DNA of 64,000 nucleotides from Octopus sinensis (taxonomy: Eukaryota): assembly GCF_006345805.1 (NCBI RefSeq), contig NC_042998.1:57288001-57352000 (forward strand), read 5' to 3'. Below, piece after piece: positions 62,076-64,000 of this stretch. Under the pieces are notes generated by a model. That model was not told the DNA's origin. It saw nothing but the letters and a program-made list of their open reading frames with translations, and searched no databases. How positions within the stretch are numbered: the first letter of the stretch is position 1; every line of letters begins with the position of its first letter. A program made the position numbers and the translations under genes.

Positions 62076-62453
62076 CCACTTCAGTATAAATGTTGTGATC
62101 CCATTAACTTTTTTCTCCTCTCTTCTCAATTCTGTTCGTTATATTCATTTGAGAATTTGTTCCAGGCGTTAAATCATCATTCTCGTATTTGGCCCTAAGG
62201 AATTATTTGTTTATTGTCTTCGTCTATCGTTTCAAGTTACTATTGCCTACTTTCGTACGTCCACACTGTATTATTTTGTTGCCTTGAGTCCTAATCCTAC
62301 ATAAAGCTTGTGGGTGCCGCCGATATACGAAGTTCCTAGTCTTATTGCTAAAGGCATGAAACTAGGTATTGGCATTTTCGGTCGATAACATAAAGAATTA
62401 GGGTACTGGCATGTGTCCTACGTGTACGTTTTGTAGTATTTAATGCATTTTCA

Positions 62454-62491
<38 letters not shown>

Positions 62492-62856
62492 GGTCCTGGG
62501 TTGATTCGGGGTTAACCACAGTAAATAAGGTACTCAATACATAGCAGAGTAAAATTAAGATTTCTCTTGAATGAAACAGTTCTAGTCCTGTAGAAGCTCC
62601 TTCTATATAATAAATATATATATATATATATATATAACAAATAAGAAGATGGAGGAGAACAATAGGTGGTTCATCAACTTTTGGACATTAAAATGTTAAC
62701 TTATTTATATATTAAACTGATAATTATAACATACATACATAAAATATAGTAATATATAAGGATACCAGTAATTATTATAAGAAGCATGTATATATATATA
62801 TATATGTATACAGAGAGAGAGAGAGAGAGAGGGGGGGAGAGGGAGGAGTAGAAGGA

Positions 62857-62943
<87 letters not shown>

Positions 62944-62959
62944 TCTATGCTATCTTTAT

Positions 62960-63075
62960 CTTTCTTTCCCTAATTGTCTACTCAGAAAGGATAACATAAA
63001 AAGTCGATCTCAGCAAGATTTGAACTCAGAATAGACAGATCCTATAAATCATTCTACCTGGTGCTTCAACAACTC
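62960..63075 (-). mobile_element. SINE family A fragment
   Basis: CTACTCAGAAAGGATAACATAAAAGTCGATCTCAGCAAGATTTGAACTCAGAA, homologous to the family A head (reverse complement). Confidence 0.6.
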
Positions 63076-64000
63076 CCCGAATTCAACGCCCATTTTCCCT
63101 TCTTTTCACTGACTTAAATATTGGGCTTCTGCTAATTAAATTCTCACTTCGGGGTGAAGATGCAATTTAATCTTGCAACGTCAAGATATTATTTGCCCTC
63201 AGGTCAGTTCTGATTGAGCAGACTTATGATCAAAGACGTGCTAAATGTGACCATCTCTGTTTGGTTTTAAATTCATGTCTAGGACTACATACTGCAATGT
63301 GCAGTTTCTTTTCAAGGCGGTGTGGGTGTGTTTAGAGGTAGTTATCTGCTATTTCTAGCAGACTGATCGTCCGCATGCTGGTTCCGCCGTTGGCACAAGA
63401 TTTTCAAAAGCATTTCGCGTTTAAGAGACAAGAGAATTACTTACTTACATTAACTATCGTTGTCTTAATGGAAATCCCTTCTAGGTTAGTTTAATATCCA
63501 TTTACTAATGTTTCCTGTGTGCGGTACGTTTAGTGGTACTCCCTCCCCCTCTCTCTCTCTCTCTATCTCTCTATCTATCTATGTATCTATCTTTCTCTTT
63601 CATATGCTCTTAATTTAGATCGACGTACTTAAAGTTCACTAAAACCAAAACAAATATCTATACGATCAGCTTATTAAGCAGAAAACCCATAATTTTGTTG
63701 AGTATGGTGTATGGTCTACAGTAATATACATATATAATTCAGTTAAGTATATTACTGTTTATGGAAATAGAAGCATACCTACAAACACTCTTCATTCGAA
63801 ACATTCAGGAAGTATCGGCCTTATTAAACTTAGGTGTTATTAAACTTTATTCTGGTAAATTCTAAGAGAGAACCTATGGAAGTGCTATTCGTTCATACTC
63901 TTACTTCTTTCAGTTACTGAACTGCGACCATGCTGTTGCTATGCTTTGTTTTTAAATTTCTTTTTGAAGAGAACTGGCTTCAAACGATAATGGAAAGTAT

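Overview
This is eukaryotic, AT-rich, repeat-saturated DNA with no host protein-coding exon I can recognise. The SINE families look like those of Octopus (a coleoid cephalopod); that assignment is from recall, not a search. The window holds dense microsatellites, at least four SINE families, a near-full-length L1/Tx1-like LINE sitting inside a (TC)n tract (3219-7454), and ORF1-only L1 derivatives (54-60 kb). It also holds a decayed Penelope-like element (PLE, 43.6-46.6 kb), mariner/Tc1 and Chapaev-like relics, and many foldback (inverted-repeat) structures. The standout is a non-coding tandem array of ~479-bp units (35149-37843, ~5.6 units). Each unit carries a canonical minimal type I hammerhead ribozyme (CUGAUGA / stem II with GUAA loop / GAAA / palindromic stem III / AUA cleavage triplet), and the array is capped by a 75-bp inverted segment as in PLE insertions. 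It is therefore a candidate retrozyme (circRNA-producing, PLE-mobilised element). A second hammerhead system is a head-to-head pair of tRNA-headed elements with PLE-type hammerhead tails (28230-28822). All folds were done by eye, and no ribozyme activity or expression is demonstrated here.
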